Below, in pieces: positions 62,166-64,000 of a DNA stretch of 64,000 nt. The notes beneath the pieces are model-generated. The model made no database searches, was not told where the DNA came from, and saw only the letters and a list, made by a program, of their open reading frames with translations. Each line of letters opens with the position of its first letter. Position 1 is the stretch's first letter. Source of the stretch: an uncultured delta proteobacterium (GTDB lineage Bacteria > Desulfobacterota > Desulfuromonadia > Desulfuromonadales > BM103); contig CAWGTV010000002.1 in assembly GCA_963825615.1 (NCBI GenBank), positions 29,520 to 93,519 on the forward strand, written 5' to 3'. Position numbers and translations under genes: made by a program.

Positions 62166-62837
62166 ATGATGCAAACAATGAAGCGGTTTTCCTTTCTGGC
62201 CCTGATTGCGGTTACTATTTGGGGCTGTGCGGAACCGCAGACGAAAACCCAGCAGGGCGCCATCTACGGGACGGGTATCGGCGCTGCAGTCGGTGCCGGT
62301 CTGGGACAGGTGATCGGTGGCAACACCAAGTCAACTCTGGTCGGCGCCGGGATCGGTGCCGCTCTGGGCGGTATCGCCGGCGGCAGTATCGGCCGTTACA
62401 TGGACAATCAGGAAGCGGCCCTGCAGCAGCAGTTCGCGGCGTCAGATGCCGCCAATATCCAGCGTAATGCGGATGTCCTGGCGGTGACCTTCAAGTCGGA
62501 CGTGCTCTTTGATGTCAACTCGGCAACGCTCAAGGCTGGCGCTTACACGGAGATCAACCGTGTCGCCCAGGTTCTGGTCCAGTACCCGCAGACGACGATC
62601 CAGATCGCCGGCCACACTGATAGTACCGGGAGCGAGGTTTACAACCAGGATCTCTCAGAACGCCGGGCCATGAGCGTGCAGAACGCCCTGGTCAACCAGG
62701 GCGTTGACCCGGCGCGCATGCGCACCATCGGTTTTGGCGAGGGACAGCCGGTTGCCGACAACACCACGGAAGCGGGGCGCCAGTTGAACCGGCGGGTGGT
62801 GGTCACGATCACACCCCAGCAAAGCGGAGCCTATTGA
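62166..62837 (+). CDS. OmpA-family lipoprotein with a glycine-zipper region
   Basis: The start is MMQTMKRFSFLALIAVTIWGC (lipobox IWGC, AGGGAGGA SD). It has a Gly-zipper and a C-terminal OmpA domain (HTDSTGSEVYNQDLSERRA). Confidence 0.8.
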   Translation: MMQTMKRFSFLALIAVTIWGCAEPQTKTQQGAIYGTGIGAAVGAGLGQVIGGNTKSTLVGAGIGAALGGIAGGSIGRYMDNQEAALQQQFAASDAANIQRNADVLAVTFKSDVLFDVNSATLKAGAYTEINRVAQVLVQYPQTTIQIAGHTDSTGSEVYNQDLSERRAMSVQNALVNQGVDPARMRTIGFGEGQPVADNTTEAGRQLNRRVVVTITPQQSGAY

Positions 62838-62854
62838 TCCGCTTGCTTGTGTAA

Positions 62855-62897
62855 AATAAAAAGCGCCTCCCTTCAGTAGGGGAGGCGCTTTTTATTT
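62855..62897. terminator. Bidirectional rho-independent terminator
   Basis: AAAAAGCGCCTCCC-loop-GGGAGGCGCTTTTTATTTT lies between the convergent ompA-like and tatA genes. Confidence 0.6.
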
Positions 62898-62924
62898 TGA
62901 TATCTTCGGTGGTGTCAATCAGCC

Positions 62925-63107
62925 TTAGTCCTTGTCTATCTTGTCAGCATCCTTTTCACTCTTCTCTTCACCTTCCTTGACGCCATCCTTGAAGTTGCGC
63001 AATCCCTTGCCCAGGGCTCCTCCCACTGACGGTAGCTTGCCGGCACCGAAAATAATCAGCACGAGTACCAGGATGATAATCAGTTCTGTTGTGCCCAGTC
63101 CGAACAT
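62925..63107 (-). CDS. tatA: Twin-arginine translocase subunit TatA/E
   Basis: [26 protein letters not shown] is a canonical TatA N-terminus. Confidence 0.85.
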   Translation of the reverse strand: MFGLGTTELIIILVLVLIIFGAGKLPSVGGALGKGLRNFKDGVKEGEEKSEKDADKIDKD

Positions 63108-63208
63108 GGGAGTGACTCCTTAGGAAGAGGTTATGTGAGCCATCATCATAGACATATTCAGGGAAAAATCAACACATTTGCATTTATTAACCGTTGCGGA
63201 GGACAGAG

Positions 63209-63244
63209 AAAATAACAACGGGGGCCGGCGCATGCCGACCCCCG
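63209..63244 (-). terminator. Rho-independent terminator of the cytochrome gene
   Basis: Minus-strand RNA reads CGGGGGUCGGC-AUGC-GCCGGCCCCCG followed by UUGUUAUUUU. Confidence 0.5.
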
Positions 63245-63269
63245 TGTAGCCCATAACGGTCAGGCGGGC

Positions 63270-64000
63270 TTATTTGGAACGGGCGTATTTGGGGTTGTCC
63301 ATCGGGTCACCCTTGTAGCCGAGTTTGCTCCACTGCATGCGACCATTGTCGCCGTGGCAGTCGAGGCAGCCCGAGGGCTTCTTCCTTGGGCGAGACCATG
63401 TGATTGATTCGCCAGTACATCTCGGTCGGCAGCGAAGCCGTACTCTCCACTGTACTTTAGGCCGCTGGCTTCCATGCCGAGCTTGGCCGCCTTGTCCCAG
63501 TCGAAGTCACGCCAGTAGCCGCCGTCACCAAAAACCTTGGCGGTGATGAAGTACTTGTTCTTGGCGTCGTAGATCTGCTTGCCGGAATGGAGCTTGAACG
63601 GATAGATCTTGGCCGTTTCATCCTTGATGCTGCCATTCGGGTAGGTCAGCATGGTGACCTTGTCCGGATCGATCTTGTCGCCGCGCTCGTAGGCGTTGGC
63701 GCTGCCGTTGTACCAGAGGTATTCGGGCGTCACCATCTTGCCCCACTTGAAGTGCCCCTTTTTCTTATCATAGGCGTGCTTGCCGTATTCATCGCTGTGC
63801 TCCTCGAGATCCTGGCCGGCGGTCGACCAGTCCCACGAGAGCTTGGTCGGGACTTCCTTGGCGAAGAAAGGGATATGACAGGTCTGGCAGGCGACCGTGG
63901 CCGCGTGCTTGTTCAGGCGGCTCTGGGCGTGCGGCGCTGCGTCATGGCACTTCTCGCAGGAAAAATGCTTGGTGCCTCCCGGTGAGACGCCCAGCGAGTT
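63270..64000 (-). pseudogene. Multihaem (octahaem tetrathionate-reductase-family-like) cytochrome c, 3' part; two frame changes; continues beyond the window
   Basis: CXXCH motifs CEKCH, CQTCH and CLDCH. The tail TEMYWRINHMVSPKEEALG / CLDCHGDNGRMQWSKLGYKGDPMDNPKYARSK* is in two other frames, with changes near 63415 and 63372. The true stop is TAA at 63270-63272. Confidence 0.7.

Noticed and set aside
1-64000. A search by eye for CRISPR arrays, rRNA/tRNA genes, transposases/IS ends, integrases, and toxin-antitoxin or known defence genes.
   Set aside because: I saw no regularly spaced repeats, no recombinase or transposase motifs, and no defence-family signatures. The absence is by manual inspection only and should be confirmed with standard tools.

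Overview
This is a GC-rich chromosomal segment whose gene content looks Desulfuromonadales-like (Geobacter/Desulfuromonas/Pelobacter type). That placement is an inference from gene content, not a search result. Most of the window is core metabolism and housekeeping.

Left edge: the 3' end of a PUFA-synthase-like gene, then a translationally coupled oleABCD olefin cluster and an Sfp-type PPTase. Next come an aminotransferase, ileS-lspA, an endonuclease III-like gene, a PAS histidine kinase, comF, gpmI, a lapB-like gene, a dksA-like gene, rlmH, rsfS, nadD, proA/proB, obg, rpmA-rplU, RNase G and a large radical-SAM protein.

A low-GC gap of about 1.4 kb (28.4-29.85 kb) holds the most unusual content. 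It contains a self-contained promoter-to-terminator unit encoding two tandem paralogous 48-aa single-TM peptides, which are too short for the ORF track, plus Cys-rich mini-ORFs.

Right half: a ferritin-like gene, a DUF4350-like gene, PilZ, a ChlI-like AAA+/VWA/Nudix operon, a ClC channel, pncB/pncA, a 3.6 kb DUF748/AsmA-like gene, TetR plus an RND efflux operon, ttcA, a PP2C phosphatase, a second PilZ, a receiver-DUF4388-DnaJ gene, glnE, mtnA, gatCAB, an OmpA lipoprotein, tatA and an octaheme-type cytochrome c that runs off the window.

About a dozen otherwise well-conserved genes are interrupted by frame changes, and these cluster in a few blocks. I saw no rRNA, tRNA, CRISPR array, transposase or recognisable defence gene.
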